The translations under genes and the position numbers were made by a program. The notes below the pieces were generated by a model, which worked only from the letters and a program-made list of their open reading frames with translations, was not told the DNA's origin and made no database searches. Of a DNA stretch of 64,000 bases, positions 26,848-37,910 are shown piece by piece. Positions within the stretch are counted from its first letter, which is position 1. Every line of letters starts with the position of its first letter. The stretch lies in NCBI RefSeq assembly GCF_013122565.1, contig NZ_CP053258.1. The stretch is one strand, 5' to 3'. The stretch is from Escherichia coli (GTDB lineage: Bacteria > Pseudomonadota > Gammaproteobacteria > Enterobacterales > Enterobacteriaceae).

Positions 26848-27477
26848 ATGATTCGGGTAGTGCTGGTGGATGACCATGTGGTGGTGCGCTCTGGCTTCGC
26901 ACAATTACTCTCTCTGGAAGACGATCTGGAGGTCATTGGTCAGTACAGTAGTGCCGCGCAGGCATGGTCGGCATTAATCCGTGATGACGTCAATGTTGCC
27001 GTCATTGATATTGCCATGCCGGACGAAAACGGCCTCAGTTTGCTTAAGCGCCTGCGTGCACAAAAACCGCAATTTCGCGCCATTATTCTTAGCATTTATG
27101 ACGCGCCAACCTTTGTGCAAAGCGCGCTGGATGCCGGTGCCAGCGGGTATTTAACCAAACGCTGTGGGCCGGAAGAGTTAGTGCAGGCGGTGCGCTCGGT
27201 CGGGCTGGGCGGGCATTATCTCTGTGCCGATGCGATTCGGGCTTTACGCGGCGGCGGGCAACCCGCCCAGGCGCTGGAAATTCTCACCCCACGAGAACGT
27301 GAAGTGTTTGATTTACTGGTCAAAGGAGACAGCGTTAAAGAGATCGCCTTTAAACTCGAACTCAGTCATAAAACGGTACATGTGCATCGCGCCAATGTGC
27401 TGGGAAAACTGAACTGCCATAGCACCATTGAACTGGTACATTTTGCGCTCGACCACCATCTGCTGGCGGGGCATTAA
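26848..27477 (+). CDS. NarL/FixJ(LuxR)-family response regulator, UhpA-like (209 aa)
   Basis: Receiver domain (VLVDDH..., phospho-acceptor Asp in AVIDIAMPDENG) plus C-terminal LuxR-type HTH (LTPREREVFDLLVKGDSVKEIA). Confidence 0.8.
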   Translation: MIRVVLVDDHVVVRSGFAQLLSLEDDLEVIGQYSSAAQAWSALIRDDVNVAVIDIAMPDENGLSLLKRLRAQKPQFRAIILSIYDAPTFVQSALDAGASGYLTKRCGPEELVQAVRSVGLGGHYLCADAIRALRGGGQPAQALEILTPREREVFDLLVKGDSVKEIAFKLELSHKTVHVHRANVLGKLNCHSTIELVHFALDHHLLAGH

Positions 27478-29018
27478 TGTCGCGCAATCTTCGTCATTGG
27501 GTGATTTCGCTGTTTATTGTGCTGGCCTGGGGAACCGGCTGGCTGATGCTGTGGACGCTCAGTTTTTATCTGACCAATAACGGTCAACAGGCGGCGCTGT
27601 TTCTCCCGCAGGGAGTTTATCTCGCCCTTGTTATTTTGCTCTCTCGCCGCTACTGGCCTGCGTTGGTACTCCCCCCTTTGCTGATGATGTTCTGGCTCCA
27701 TAGTGAACAGCTATTGAACGGTTATCTCATGCTGGCAACGCCGGTTATTAGCCTGTTTCCTGCCCTCCTTGCGCAAAACTTCTGGCACCGTTTTCCACTT
27801 TACTGGCAGCGTCTGACGTTGCTGTTAGCTACTGTCACGGCAGCTTCATTGTTGAATACCGCCCTGCTCTCCCCTTTTATGTCAGGCCCAATAATGCTGC
27901 CGGGTTTGACCTCATTTACCGGCGGCGTATTACTGACGCCGTTTGTCTATCTTATCTTTGAGTTTCTGCGCCAGCAGCATCGCTACCAGCTCCTGGGACT
28001 CGATACGCATAATCCCCCCTTGCGTACCTCTTTAATCATCTGGTGTAGCCTGTTTTTTATCATTGGTATCGGCACTCAGATGGTGCTGTCACCTGAAATT
28101 GAGCGTCTGCTGTTGATCGTGGTCTTTTTGCCCAATGTGGTGATGGCGTGGAAATTTGGCTGGCAAGGTGGCGTACTCTCCGGGCTTTTGGGCAGCATGA
28201 TGATCACCATCGCCCGCCAGATTGGCGTGGGCTTTAGTAACCTGGTGGAGCTGGAGATTTTCCTCGCGACCCAGGCCTTGCTGGGAATTGGCCTGGGCAT
28301 TGCCATCAGTCGCCAGCAACATCTGGCGCTAAACCTGCACCATTACCGACAACGGCTGGAGGCCGAGCTGGCAGCGCGGCGGGCATTGGCGGAAAAGTTG
28401 ATCCACACCGAGGAGGACACGCGAAAAAACCTGGCGCGAGAGCTGCACGACGAAATCGGTCAGAACATCACCGCCATTCAGATCCAGTCGCAACTGGTGA
28501 AGCGGGCGCGTGATCCGGCGCAAATTCAATCCGCAGCCAGCCAAATCAATGAGCTCGCCCGCCGCATTCATCTCTCCACCCGCCAATTGCTGCGCCAGTT
28601 GCGGCCTCCCGCGCTTGATGAACTGACATTTCGCGAAGCGTTGTTGCATCTGATTAATGAATTTGCCTTTGGTGAACGCGGCATTCATTGCCAGTTTGCC
28701 TATCAACTGAACTCCACACCAGAAAACGAAACGGTGCGCTTTACCTTGTATCGGTTATTGCAGGAGTTGCTCAATAACGTCTGTAAACACGCCGAAGCCA
28801 GCGAAGTGACGATTATCCTGCGCCAGCAGGGAGAGGTATTGCATCTGGAGGTCAGCGACAACGGTGTGGGGATCGCCAGCGGGAAAATGGCCGGATTTGG
28901 CATTCAGGGGATGCGTGAGCGCGTCAGCGCCCTGGGCGGCGACTTAACGCTCGAAAAACAGCACGGCACGCGGGTAATTGTTAACTTGCCCACATTTTTG
29001 CAACAAATCGCCGGATAA
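27477..29018 (+). CDS. Membrane sensor histidine kinase, UhpB-like (513 aa)
   Basis: N-terminal polytopic membrane domain, H-box EEDTRKNLARELHDEIGQ (HisKA_3 type), C-terminal ATPase G-boxes (DNGVGI, GFGIQGMRER). Start overlaps the regulator stop (TAATG). Confidence 0.8.
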   Translation: MSRNLRHWVISLFIVLAWGTGWLMLWTLSFYLTNNGQQAALFLPQGVYLALVILLSRRYWPALVLPPLLMMFWLHSEQLLNGYLMLATPVISLFPALLAQNFWHRFPLYWQRLTLLLATVTAASLLNTALLSPFMSGPIMLPGLTSFTGGVLLTPFVYLIFEFLRQQHRYQLLGLDTHNPPLRTSLIIWCSLFFIIGIGTQMVLSPEIERLLLIVVFLPNVVMAWKFGWQGGVLSGLLGSMMITIARQIGVGFSNLVELEIFLATQALLGIGLGIAISRQQHLALNLHHYRQRLEAELAARRALAEKLIHTEEDTRKNLARELHDEIGQNITAIQIQSQLVKRARDPAQIQSAASQINELARRIHLSTRQLLRQLRPPALDELTFREALLHLINEFAFGERGIHCQFAYQLNSTPENETVRFTLYRLLQELLNNVCKHAEASEVTIILRQQGEVLHLEVSDNGVGIASGKMAGFGIQGMRERVSALGGDLTLEKQHGTRVIVNLPTFLQQIAG

Positions 29019-29090
29019 CCAGGAAAAAGTCTTAGGTATCCCGGATTTTCTCTCATCCCCTTTCACTTTCATTTTCATATAGTCAGCAAC

Positions 29091-30407
29091 ATGGAGACAA
29101 CCATGCACGCGCGTTCAGCGAGAGAAATTAATCAATGCTACCGGACATTACGTCCGCGATTGCTGATGTGCATGATTATTGGCTACGCCGCATTTTATCT
29201 GACGCGAAAAAGCGTGAATTACGTCCTTCCGGCGCTACAAACCGACCTCGGACTGGATAAAGGCGACATTGGCCTGCTGGGTTCGCTGTTTTATCTCAGC
29301 TACGGATTGTCGAAATTTACCGCCGGACTGTGGCATGACAGCCACGGACAACGCGGTTTTATGGGCGTCGGCTTGTTCGCCACCGGGTTATTGAACGTGG
29401 TGTTTGCCTTTGGCGAATCACTTACGCTTCTGCTTGTGGTCTGGACACTGAACGGTTTTTTTCAGGGCTGGGGATGGCCACCGTGTGCCCGCTTGCTGAC
29501 CCACTGGTACTCACGCAATGAGCGCGGTTTCTGGTGGGGCTGCTGGAATATGTCGATCAACATTGGCGGAGCGATTATTCCGCTGATTAGCGCCTTTGCC
29601 GCCCACTGGTGGGGCTGGCAGGCCGCGATGCTGACACCGGGGATAATCAGCATGGCATTAGGGATCTGGTTAACGCTACAACTCAAAGGCACGCCCCAGG
29701 AAGAGGGATTACCGACAGTTGGTCACTGGCGTCACGATCCGCTGGAGTTACGTCAGGAACAACAAAGTCCGCCGATGGGGCTGTGGCAAATGTTGCGCAC
29801 CACCATGCTGCAAAATCCGCTGATCTGGCTACTGGGCGTCTCTTATGTACTGGTTTATGTGATCCGGATTGCGCTTAACGACTGGGGCAATATCTGGCTG
29901 ACGGAAAGCCACGGTGTCAACCTGCTCAGCGCCAACGCCACGGTAATGCTGTTTGAAGTGGGCGGCTTACTCGGCGCGTTATTTGCCGGATGGGGATCGG
30001 ATCTGCTGTTTAGCGGGCAACGAGCGCCAATGATTTTGCTGTTCACGTTGGGGTTGATGGTGTCAGTCGCCGCACTGTGGCTGGCACCGGTTCATCACTA
30101 CGCTCTGCTGGCAGTGTGCTTTTTTACCGTGGGCTTTTTCGTCTTTGGCCCACAAATGCTGATTGGACTTGCGGCGGTGGAGTGTGGGCACAAAGCTGCG
30201 GCGGGTTCAATCACCGGATTTCTCGGCCTGTTCGCTTACCTTGGCGCGGCGCTGGCAGGCTGGCCGCTGTCGCTGGTCATCGAACGCTACGGCTGGCCGG
30301 GAATGTTCAGTTTACTCTCGGTCGCCGCAGTACTTATGGGTTTACTGCTGATGCCGTTACTGATGGCGGGCATCACCACCACTCACGCTCGAAGGATAAA
30401 ACAATGA
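29091..30407 (+). CDS. MFS sugar-phosphate sensor/transporter, UhpC-like (438 aa)
   Basis: 12-TM MFS organophosphate:phosphate antiporter family; conserved blocks shared with UhpC/UhpT (ARLLTHWYSRNERGFWWG.WN, GFFVFGPQMLIG). Confidence 0.8.
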   Translation: METTMHARSAREINQCYRTLRPRLLMCMIIGYAAFYLTRKSVNYVLPALQTDLGLDKGDIGLLGSLFYLSYGLSKFTAGLWHDSHGQRGFMGVGLFATGLLNVVFAFGESLTLLLVVWTLNGFFQGWGWPPCARLLTHWYSRNERGFWWGCWNMSINIGGAIIPLISAFAAHWWGWQAAMLTPGIISMALGIWLTLQLKGTPQEEGLPTVGHWRHDPLELRQEQQSPPMGLWQMLRTTMLQNPLIWLLGVSYVLVYVIRIALNDWGNIWLTESHGVNLLSANATVMLFEVGGLLGALFAGWGSDLLFSGQRAPMILLFTLGLMVSVAALWLAPVHHYALLAVCFFTVGFFVFGPQMLIGLAAVECGHKAAAGSITGFLGLFAYLGAALAGWPLSLVIERYGWPGMFSLLSVAAVLMGLLLMPLLMAGITTTHARRIKQ

Positions 30408-31435
30408 AAATGACCTTTACCTCTACTCTGATTGCTTCTGCCGTTGCGCTGGCGACTTTAACGGGTGCCGCGCAGGCAAAAGGCCGGCTGGTGGTCTATT
30501 GCAGCGCCACCAATGAAATGTGTGAGGCCGAAACCAAAGCGTTTGGCGAGAAATATGATGTAAAAACCTCGTTTATCCGCAACGGTTCCGGAAGCACCCT
30601 GGCAAAAGTCGATGCTGAAAAGAAAAACCCCCAGGCTGACGTCTGGTACGGCGGCACTTTAGACCCGCAATCGCAGGCTGGCGAGATGGGCCTGCTACAG
30701 GCGTATAAATCCCCTACCCTTGAGCAGATCATGGAGAAATTCCGCGATCCGGCAAAAGTGAAAGGGAATCTGTCCTCTGCCGTTTATGTGGGGATCCTCG
30801 GTTTTGGCGTAAACACCGATCGTCTGAAAGAGAAAAACCTGCCGGTGCCGAAGTGCTGGAAAGATCTCACCAAACCGGAATATAAAGGCGAAATTCAAAT
30901 TGCCGATCCGCAAAGTTCCGGTACTGCCTACACCGCCCTGGCTACTTTTGCGCAGCTGTGGGGGGAAGATCAGGCCTTTGATTATCTAAAACAACTGAAC
31001 GCCAACGTCTCTCAGTACACCAAATCAGGCATAGCCCCGGCACGTAACGCCGCCCGTGGCGAAACGGCGATTGGTATTGGCTTCCTGCATGACTACTCGC
31101 TGGAAAAAGAACAGGGCGCGCCGCTGGAGTTGATTTCCCCGTGTGAAGGTACGGGCTACGAAATTGGCGGCGTCAGCATTCTGAAAGGCGCGCGCAACCT
31201 CGACAACGCCAAACTGTTTGTGGACTGGGTATTATCAAAAGAAGCTCAGGAACTGGCGTGGAAGAAAGGGAAGTCTTATCAGATCCTGACCAATACCACC
31301 GCCGAAACGTCGCCAAATTCGCTGAAGCTCGACGACCTGAAATTAATCAACTACGACATGGATAAATATGGTTCCACGGATGTTCGTAAGGCATTGATTA
31401 ATAAATGGGTCAGCGAAGTGAAGATGGGTAAATAA
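30404..31435 (+). CDS. afuA: ABC transporter periplasmic substrate-binding protein, AfuA/FbpA-like (343 aa)
   Basis: ORF track 30077-31435 is extended. Start at ATG 30404 gives signal peptide MKMTFTSTLIASAVALATLTGAAQA. ATG overlaps the UhpC-like stop (ATGA). Confidence 0.7.
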   Translation: MKMTFTSTLIASAVALATLTGAAQAKGRLVVYCSATNEMCEAETKAFGEKYDVKTSFIRNGSGSTLAKVDAEKKNPQADVWYGGTLDPQSQAGEMGLLQAYKSPTLEQIMEKFRDPAKVKGNLSSAVYVGILGFGVNTDRLKEKNLPVPKCWKDLTKPEYKGEIQIADPQSSGTAYTALATFAQLWGEDQAFDYLKQLNANVSQYTKSGIAPARNAARGETAIGIGFLHDYSLEKEQGAPLELISPCEGTGYEIGGVSILKGARNLDNAKLFVDWVLSKEAQELAWKKGKSYQILTNTTAETSPNSLKLDDLKLINYDMDKYGSTDVRKALINKWVSEVKMGK

Positions 31436-31503
31436 ACCCGCATTAGGCGTATTTGCCGGGTGCAGCACAAACGCCTGCCCCGGCCAACCATACCGGAACT
31501 ACT

Positions 31504-33582
31504 ATGTCACAGACACTTGCACTCCATCCCGTGAAAAAGCGGGATGCGATTTTCCTTTGGGTTTTGCTGGGCTGGCTGGCATTTATACTGTTGCCGAGCT
31601 GGAGCCTCGATTATGGCCTGCTGGAGTCCACGAGTGATGAGATCCTCGAGGCTTATGGCTGGTCGCATTTTAATATCAGCTGGCTGTGGTATTTGTTACC
31701 GAGTCTGTTGCTGGTTCGCCCGTTTCGTGAGGTCACACGCGAACAGCGTAGTCGTCATTATTTTGATGCCAGCTGGGCATTGCTCTGTATGGCGTTTATC
31801 GTCATCAGCGCCACCGTGGCTGGACGCGGTTTAGGCTACGCCGCCATCGTGCTGTTTGTTGAACTAGGCGCGATTATGACGCTGGCCTTAACCCGCCTCG
31901 AATGGCTGGGCGGCGACCGCTTCGTGATCGGCTCACTGATTGCGATTGTGGCGCTGATTGGCATTTTTATCGTCTGGCCGAGCATCGCCATTTTTATCCC
32001 GATGTTCACCAACGACGCGGGAGAGTTCGCCCCGCTGGCGTTTATGAACGTGCTCTCGCAGGCACATATTGTGCAGGTGATCGTCAACTCTATCGTCTTA
32101 TCGATAGCGGTGGGTATTGGCTGTACTTTCTTCAGTCTGGTGCTGGCGATTTATACCACACGCATCGCCAAACGCAGCGCCATTATTGGCCGCATCTTTT
32201 CCATTCTGCCCATCGTTACGCCACCGTTTGTGGTCGGCTTAGGCGTGACGCTCATGATGGGGCGTTCCGGCTACGTCACGGAATTTATGGTGGAGTGGTT
32301 TGGGCTGACCAACACCAACTGGCTGTATGGTTTTACCGGGATCTGGCTGGCGCAGGTTCTGGCATTCACGCCAATGGCTTTTATGATCCTCGACGGGGCC
32401 ATTAAAACCATTCATCCCTCGCTGGAAGAAGCCTCCTACACCCTGCGCGCCAGCCGCTGGCAAACCTTTAACGGCGTGTTTGTGCCGTTGTTGAAGCCCG
32501 CACTCGCCAATGCCTTTTTAATCGTCGTGGTACAGTCACTGGCTGATTTCAGTAACCCGCTGGTACTTGGCGGTAACTTCGACGTACTGGCGACGCAAAT
32601 TTACTTCTATATTACCGGCTCGCAGCTGGATTATCAGGCCGCCAGCACCCTTGGCGCTTTCCTGCTGCTGTTCTCGCTGCTGGTGTTCTGCATCCAGTAT
32701 ATGTGGATTGGTAAACGCTCTTACGTCACGGTTTCCGGCAAATCCTACCGTGGCGACGTCCAGCCGCTACCGGTCACCCTGGTGTGGAGCGTGGTCGCCA
32801 TACTTGCGATATGGATTGCCTTTAACGCCCTGCTCTACGGCAGCATTTTCTACGGCAGCTTCACGGTGAACTGGGGCGTGGACTACACCCTGACGCTGGA
32901 TAACTTTATCAAGCTATTTGGTCAGGGAATGAGCGACGGCGCGTGGCCTTCACTGCTGGATACCCTGCTCTACGCCGGGATTGCCGCTCCCATTACCGCT
33001 ATCTTTGGCCTGCTCATCGCCTGGGTGGTGGTGCGTCAACAATTCAAAGGCAAAAAGACCATCGAGTTCACCACCATGCTGTGCTTTGCCGTACCGGGTA
33101 CGGTGGCGGGCGTTTCGTATATTCTTGCCTTTAACAGCGCTCCGGTTTATCTCACCGGAACGGCGGCAATTGTGATTATCTCGATGGTGATGCGTAACGT
33201 TCCGGTGGGTATTCGCGCCGGGATTGCAGGCCTGGGGCAGATCGACAAATCGCTGGATGAAGCCTCACTCAGCCTGCGCGCGGGTTCCTTGCGAACCATA
33301 ACCCACATTTTACTGCCGCTGCTGCGTCCGGCCATTCTCTCGGCCCTGATCTACAGCTTTGTGCGGGCCATCACGACGGTCAGCGCCATCGTCTTTCTCG
33401 TCACGCCGGACACCCGCGTGGCAACCGCCTACATTCTTAACCGCGTTGAAGACGGCGAATATGGCGTAGCCATCGCCTATGGTTCGATTCTGATCGTGGT
33501 GATGCTGGCGATTATTTTCCTCTTTGACTGGCTGATCGGAGAAGCTCGTATCTCCCGTTCTAAAGCCAAAAACCAGGCGTAA
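31504..33582 (+). CDS. afuB: ABC transporter permease with duplicated transmembrane domain, AfuB/FbpB-like (692 aa)
   Basis: Two tandem six-TM permease units; EAS.TLRAS.W and EASLSLRAG motifs mark the two EAA loops. Start ATG 31504 chosen (MSQTLALHP...); the track ORF begins at a TTG at 31453. Confidence 0.7.
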   Translation: MSQTLALHPVKKRDAIFLWVLLGWLAFILLPSWSLDYGLLESTSDEILEAYGWSHFNISWLWYLLPSLLLVRPFREVTREQRSRHYFDASWALLCMAFIVISATVAGRGLGYAAIVLFVELGAIMTLALTRLEWLGGDRFVIGSLIAIVALIGIFIVWPSIAIFIPMFTNDAGEFAPLAFMNVLSQAHIVQVIVNSIVLSIAVGIGCTFFSLVLAIYTTRIAKRSAIIGRIFSILPIVTPPFVVGLGVTLMMGRSGYVTEFMVEWFGLTNTNWLYGFTGIWLAQVLAFTPMAFMILDGAIKTIHPSLEEASYTLRASRWQTFNGVFVPLLKPALANAFLIVVVQSLADFSNPLVLGGNFDVLATQIYFYITGSQLDYQAASTLGAFLLLFSLLVFCIQYMWIGKRSYVTVSGKSYRGDVQPLPVTLVWSVVAILAIWIAFNALLYGSIFYGSFTVNWGVDYTLTLDNFIKLFGQGMSDGAWPSLLDTLLYAGIAAPITAIFGLLIAWVVVRQQFKGKKTIEFTTMLCFAVPGTVAGVSYILAFNSAPVYLTGTAAIVIISMVMRNVPVGIRAGIAGLGQIDKSLDEASLSLRAGSLRTITHILLPLLRPAILSALIYSFVRAITTVSAIVFLVTPDTRVATAYILNRVEDGEYGVAIAYGSILIVVMLAIIFLFDWLIGEARISRSKAKNQA

Positions 33583-33593
33583 TGGAGCGCACT

Positions 33594-34640
33594 ATGAGTC
33601 AGAAAAATTTTGTTGAACTGCGCAACGTCACTAAACGATTCGGCAGTAATACGGTTATCGACAATATCAATCTCACCATTCCACAAGGGCAAATGGTGAC
33701 GCTGCTCGGTCCTTCCGGCTGTGGCAAAACCACCATTTTGCGTCTGGTTGCCGGGCTGGAAAAACCGAGCGAAGGGCAAATTTTTATTGATGGCGAAGAT
33801 GTCACGCATCGTTCCATTCAACAGCGCGATATCTGCATGGTGTTTCAGTCATACGCTCTGTTCCCGCATATGTCGCTGGGTGAAAACGTTGGCTACGGGC
33901 TGAAGATGCTTGGCGTCTCGCGTAGCGAAGTGAAACTGCGGGTGAAGGAGGCGCTGGCAATGGTGGATCTGGAAGGCTTCGAGGACCGCTATGTCGATCA
34001 GATTTCCGGTGGTCAGCAACAGCGAGTGGCACTGGCCCGCGCGTTGATCCTCAAGCCAAAGGTGCTGCTGTTTGATGAGCCGTTAAGTAACCTCGATGCC
34101 AACCTGCGCCGCAGTATGCGCGATAAGATCCGCGAGCTGCAAAAGCAGTTTAATATCACGTCGCTCTACGTCACTCACGATCAAAGTGAAGCTTTCGCGG
34201 TGTCCGACACTGTGCTGGTGATGAATAAAGGTCACATCATGCAGATTGGCTCACCGCAGGATCTCTATCGTCAGCCAGCCTCCCGCTTTATGGCAAGTTT
34301 TATGGGCGACGCCAACCTGTTCCCGGCGAACTTTAGCGAAGAGTATGTCGATATCTACGGTTATCGCCTGCCGCGCGCGGCGCATTTCCCGGCGCAAGGT
34401 AGCGGCACCGTCGGCGTTCGCCCGGAAGCCATCACCTTAAGCAATCACGGCGAAGAGAGTCAGCGTTGTGTTATTCGCCATGTCGCCTACATGGGGCCGC
34501 AGTACGAAGTGACCGTAGAGTGGCATGGACAGGAGATTTTATTACAAGTAAACGCCACCCGTTTACAGCCCGATATTGGTGAGCACTATTACCTCGAAAT
34601 CCATCCTTACGGGATGTTTGTTTTAGCGGATGCGGCATAA
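33594..34640 (+). CDS. afuC: ABC transporter ATP-binding protein, AfuC/FbpC-like (348 aa)
   Basis: Walker [10 protein letters not shown], signature [14 protein letters not shown], Walker [13 protein letters not shown]-terminal TOBE-like domain. SD GGAG 6 nt before ATG 33594; alternative ATG at 33582. Confidence 0.8.
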   Translation: MSQKNFVELRNVTKRFGSNTVIDNINLTIPQGQMVTLLGPSGCGKTTILRLVAGLEKPSEGQIFIDGEDVTHRSIQQRDICMVFQSYALFPHMSLGENVGYGLKMLGVSRSEVKLRVKEALAMVDLEGFEDRYVDQISGGQQQRVALARALILKPKVLLFDEPLSNLDANLRRSMRDKIRELQKQFNITSLYVTHDQSEAFAVSDTVLVMNKGHIMQIGSPQDLYRQPASRFMASFMGDANLFPANFSEEYVDIYGYRLPRAAHFPAQGSGTVGVRPEAITLSNHGEESQRCVIRHVAYMGPQYEVTVEWHGQEILLQVNATRLQPDIGEHYYLEIHPYGMFVLADAA

Positions 34641-34722
34641 AAATAGCACATAAACGGTCCCCATCTGTCTTGAGGGACCGTTCACCTGGTTAGGCTTCGG
34701 ACAACAATTATTCTCCAGTGTT

Positions 34723-34776
34723 ATATACTATAGGGGGGTATGCATTGACATATAGCATACCCCCCTATAGTATATT
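34723..34776. promoter_or_regulatory. Candidate FrmR operator: inverted repeat with G6/C6 tracts upstream of frmR
   Basis: atactataggggggtatgc (34725-34743) and gcatacccccctatagtat (34756-34774) form a near-perfect 19-bp inverted repeat, 25 nt upstream of the frmR ATG. RcnR/FrmR-family operators are G/C tracts flanked by AT-rich inverted repeats. Confidence 0.6.
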
Positions 34777-34799
34777 GCATGCAGATGATGAGGTGCGAA

Positions 34800-35075
34800 A
34801 TGCCCAGTACTCCGGAAGAGAAGAAAAAGGTCCTTACTCGAGTTCGTCGTATTCGAGGGCAGATTGATGCTCTGGAACGGTCGCTGGAGAGTGATGCCGA
34901 ATGCCGTGCCATACTCCAACAGATCGCTGCCGTTCGGGGCGCGGCTAATGGGCTGATGGCAGAAGTGCTTGAAAGCCATATCCGGGAAACGTTTGACCGA
35001 AATGACTGCTACAGCCGCGAAGTCAGCCAATCCGTTGACGACACTATTGAACTGGTTCGTGCCTATCTTAAATAG
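34800..35075 (+). CDS. frmR: Formaldehyde-responsive transcriptional repressor FrmR (91 aa)
   Basis: Internal Met at 34800 with SD GAGG gives [30 protein letters not shown]... (CsoR/RcnR fold). Confidence 0.9.
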   Translation: MPSTPEEKKKVLTRVRRIRGQIDALERSLESDAECRAILQQIAAVRGAANGLMAEVLESHIRETFDRNDCYSREVSQSVDDTIELVRAYLK

Positions 35076-35079
35076 CTGA

Positions 35080-36219
<1,140 letters not shown>

Positions 36220-36311
36220 TTTCCCGCTGGTTTACCCCGTCCACTTCAGACGGGGTTCTTAATACTCTCCCCGGGCAGCCGTCCGGGGGATTAACCGTGA
36301 GATAATGACTG

Positions 36312-37145
36312 ATGGAACTCATTGAAAAACATGCCAGCTTTGGCGGCTGGCAAAATGTGTATCGGCATTATTCCGCATCACTGAAATGTGAAATGAATGT
36401 CGGCGTCTATCTCCCACCAAAAGCTGCAGGTGAAAAATTACCTGTGCTGTACTGGCTTTCGGGCCTGACCTGCAATGAGCAGAATTTCATTACTAAATCG
36501 GGGATGCAGCGTTACGCGGCTGAGCACAACATTATTATTGTTGCGCCGGACACCAGTCCGCGAGGCAGTCATGTCGCAGATGCCGACCGTTACGATCTCG
36601 GGCAAGGTGCCGGGTTTTACCTGAACGCGACGCAAGCGCCGTGGAATGAACATTACAAAATGTATGACTATATCCGCAACGAGCTGCCGGATTTAGTGAT
36701 GCAACATTTTCCGGCAACGGCCAAAAAGTCTATCTCTGGTCATTCTATGGGCGGGCTGGGCGCGCTGGTGCTGGCGTTACGTAACCCAGATGAATATGTC
36801 AGCGTCTCGGCGTTTTCGCCCATTGTCTCCCCATCGCAAGTGCCGTGGGGACAGCAAGCCTTTGCTGCATATCTTGGTGAAAATAAAGAGGCCTGGTTGG
36901 ATTACGACCCGGTGAGTCTTATTTCACAAGGTCAACGCGTTGCGGAAATCATGGTTGATCAGGGGTTGAGTGATGATTTTTACGCGGAACAGCTGCGGAC
37001 TCAAAATCTTGAAAAGATCTGCCAGGAGATGAATATCAAGACGTTAATCCGTTATCACGAGGGTTACGACCACAGCTATTATTTTGTCTCCAGTTTTATT
37101 GGCGAGCATATTGCCTACCACGCCAATAAACTGAATATGCGTTGA
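36312..37145 (+). CDS. frmB: S-formylglutathione hydrolase (esterase D family), 277 aa
   Basis: Alpha/beta hydrolase with GHSMGG nucleophile motif; follows frmA. Confidence 0.9.
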   Translation: MELIEKHASFGGWQNVYRHYSASLKCEMNVGVYLPPKAAGEKLPVLYWLSGLTCNEQNFITKSGMQRYAAEHNIIIVAPDTSPRGSHVADADRYDLGQGAGFYLNATQAPWNEHYKMYDYIRNELPDLVMQHFPATAKKSISGHSMGGLGALVLALRNPDEYVSVSAFSPIVSPSQVPWGQQAFAAYLGENKEAWLDYDPVSLISQGQRVAEIMVDQGLSDDFYAEQLRTQNLEKICQEMNIKTLIRYHEGYDHSYYFVSSFIGEHIAYHANKLNMR

Positions 37146-37149
37146 TAAT

Positions 37150-37262
37150 AGTGCACGACTGCCGGATGCGGCGTGAACGCCTTATCCGCCTACATTTCGC
37201 CCGCAGGCCGTAGGCATGATAAGACGCGCATAGCGTCGCATCAGGCATCTGCGCACGACTTA
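37150..37262. repeat. REP elements (BIME-like) downstream of frmB
   Basis: gccggatgcggcgtgaacgccttatccgcctac and gcatagcgtcgcatcaggcat-type palindromes. Confidence 0.45.
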
Positions 37263-37269
37263 TCTATGT

Positions 37270-37809
37270 TTACCACATCAAATCATCAGGCACTTTGAAG
37301 TCGGCATACGGATCGTCTTCATCCTGCTCTTCGGCACTGAGCGCGCTGTGCAACACAATACTGCTGGCATCACGCTGAGCAATTTTATCGGCAACGCTGG
37401 CGGGAATAATGGCGTATTCACCTTCGCTATTGTTATCGACCAACAAGCGGGCAATCGCCAGACGACCATTAATCAACTGCGCCTGTGTGAGCTTATCGAC
37501 AAAAATCTTCTTAATCAGATTGCCGTCAGTGAAGTTAAAACCAATATCGCCATTGGCAATGGTGATTCGGTTCATTTCAATGAGCTGCTTCACCTGGGCT
37601 TTATATTCTTTCGCCAACGCCGCTTGTTTTTGCTGTTCGCTAAGCTGTTTATCACGCTCAAGCTGTGCCTTTTTATTTTCTTCTACCGCCGCCCGAGCTT
37701 CACGCGCCTGAACGCGCGATTTTTTCGCCGTTCTCTCGACCTTCGCCGCTTTTTTGCTGGTGACTAATCCTGCTTTGAGCAACTGCTCTTGTAAGGTAAG
37801 TTTTGCCAT
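37270..37809 (-). CDS. yaiL: DUF2058-family protein YaiL (179 aa)
   Basis: ORF track 37270-37926 is extended. Internal Met at 37809 gives MAKLTLQEQLLKAGLVTSKK... Lys/Glu-rich coiled-coil centre. Confidence 0.75.
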   Translation of the reverse strand: MAKLTLQEQLLKAGLVTSKKAAKVERTAKKSRVQAREARAAVEENKKAQLERDKQLSEQQKQAALAKEYKAQVKQLIEMNRITIANGDIGFNFTDGNLIKKIFVDKLTQAQLINGRLAIARLLVDNNSEGEYAIIPASVADKIAQRDASSIVLHSALSAEEQDEDDPYADFKVPDDLMW

Positions 37810-37910
37810 CTTTGTTTCCAAACCCGCTGAATAATTTTTAGCGAGTATACCTGTAAACGCCGTGGGTGTATTGGGGGCAAGTCCCTTTCGCCCCTGCTTA
37901 ATAAGGCGCG

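Noticed and set aside
30077..30403. N-terminal extension of the AfuA-like ORF (including an HHHH stretch)
   Set aside because: This part of the track ORF overlaps the 3' end of the UhpC-like gene in another frame. The signal peptide begins at the ATG at 30404, so the upstream segment is an ORF-calling artefact.
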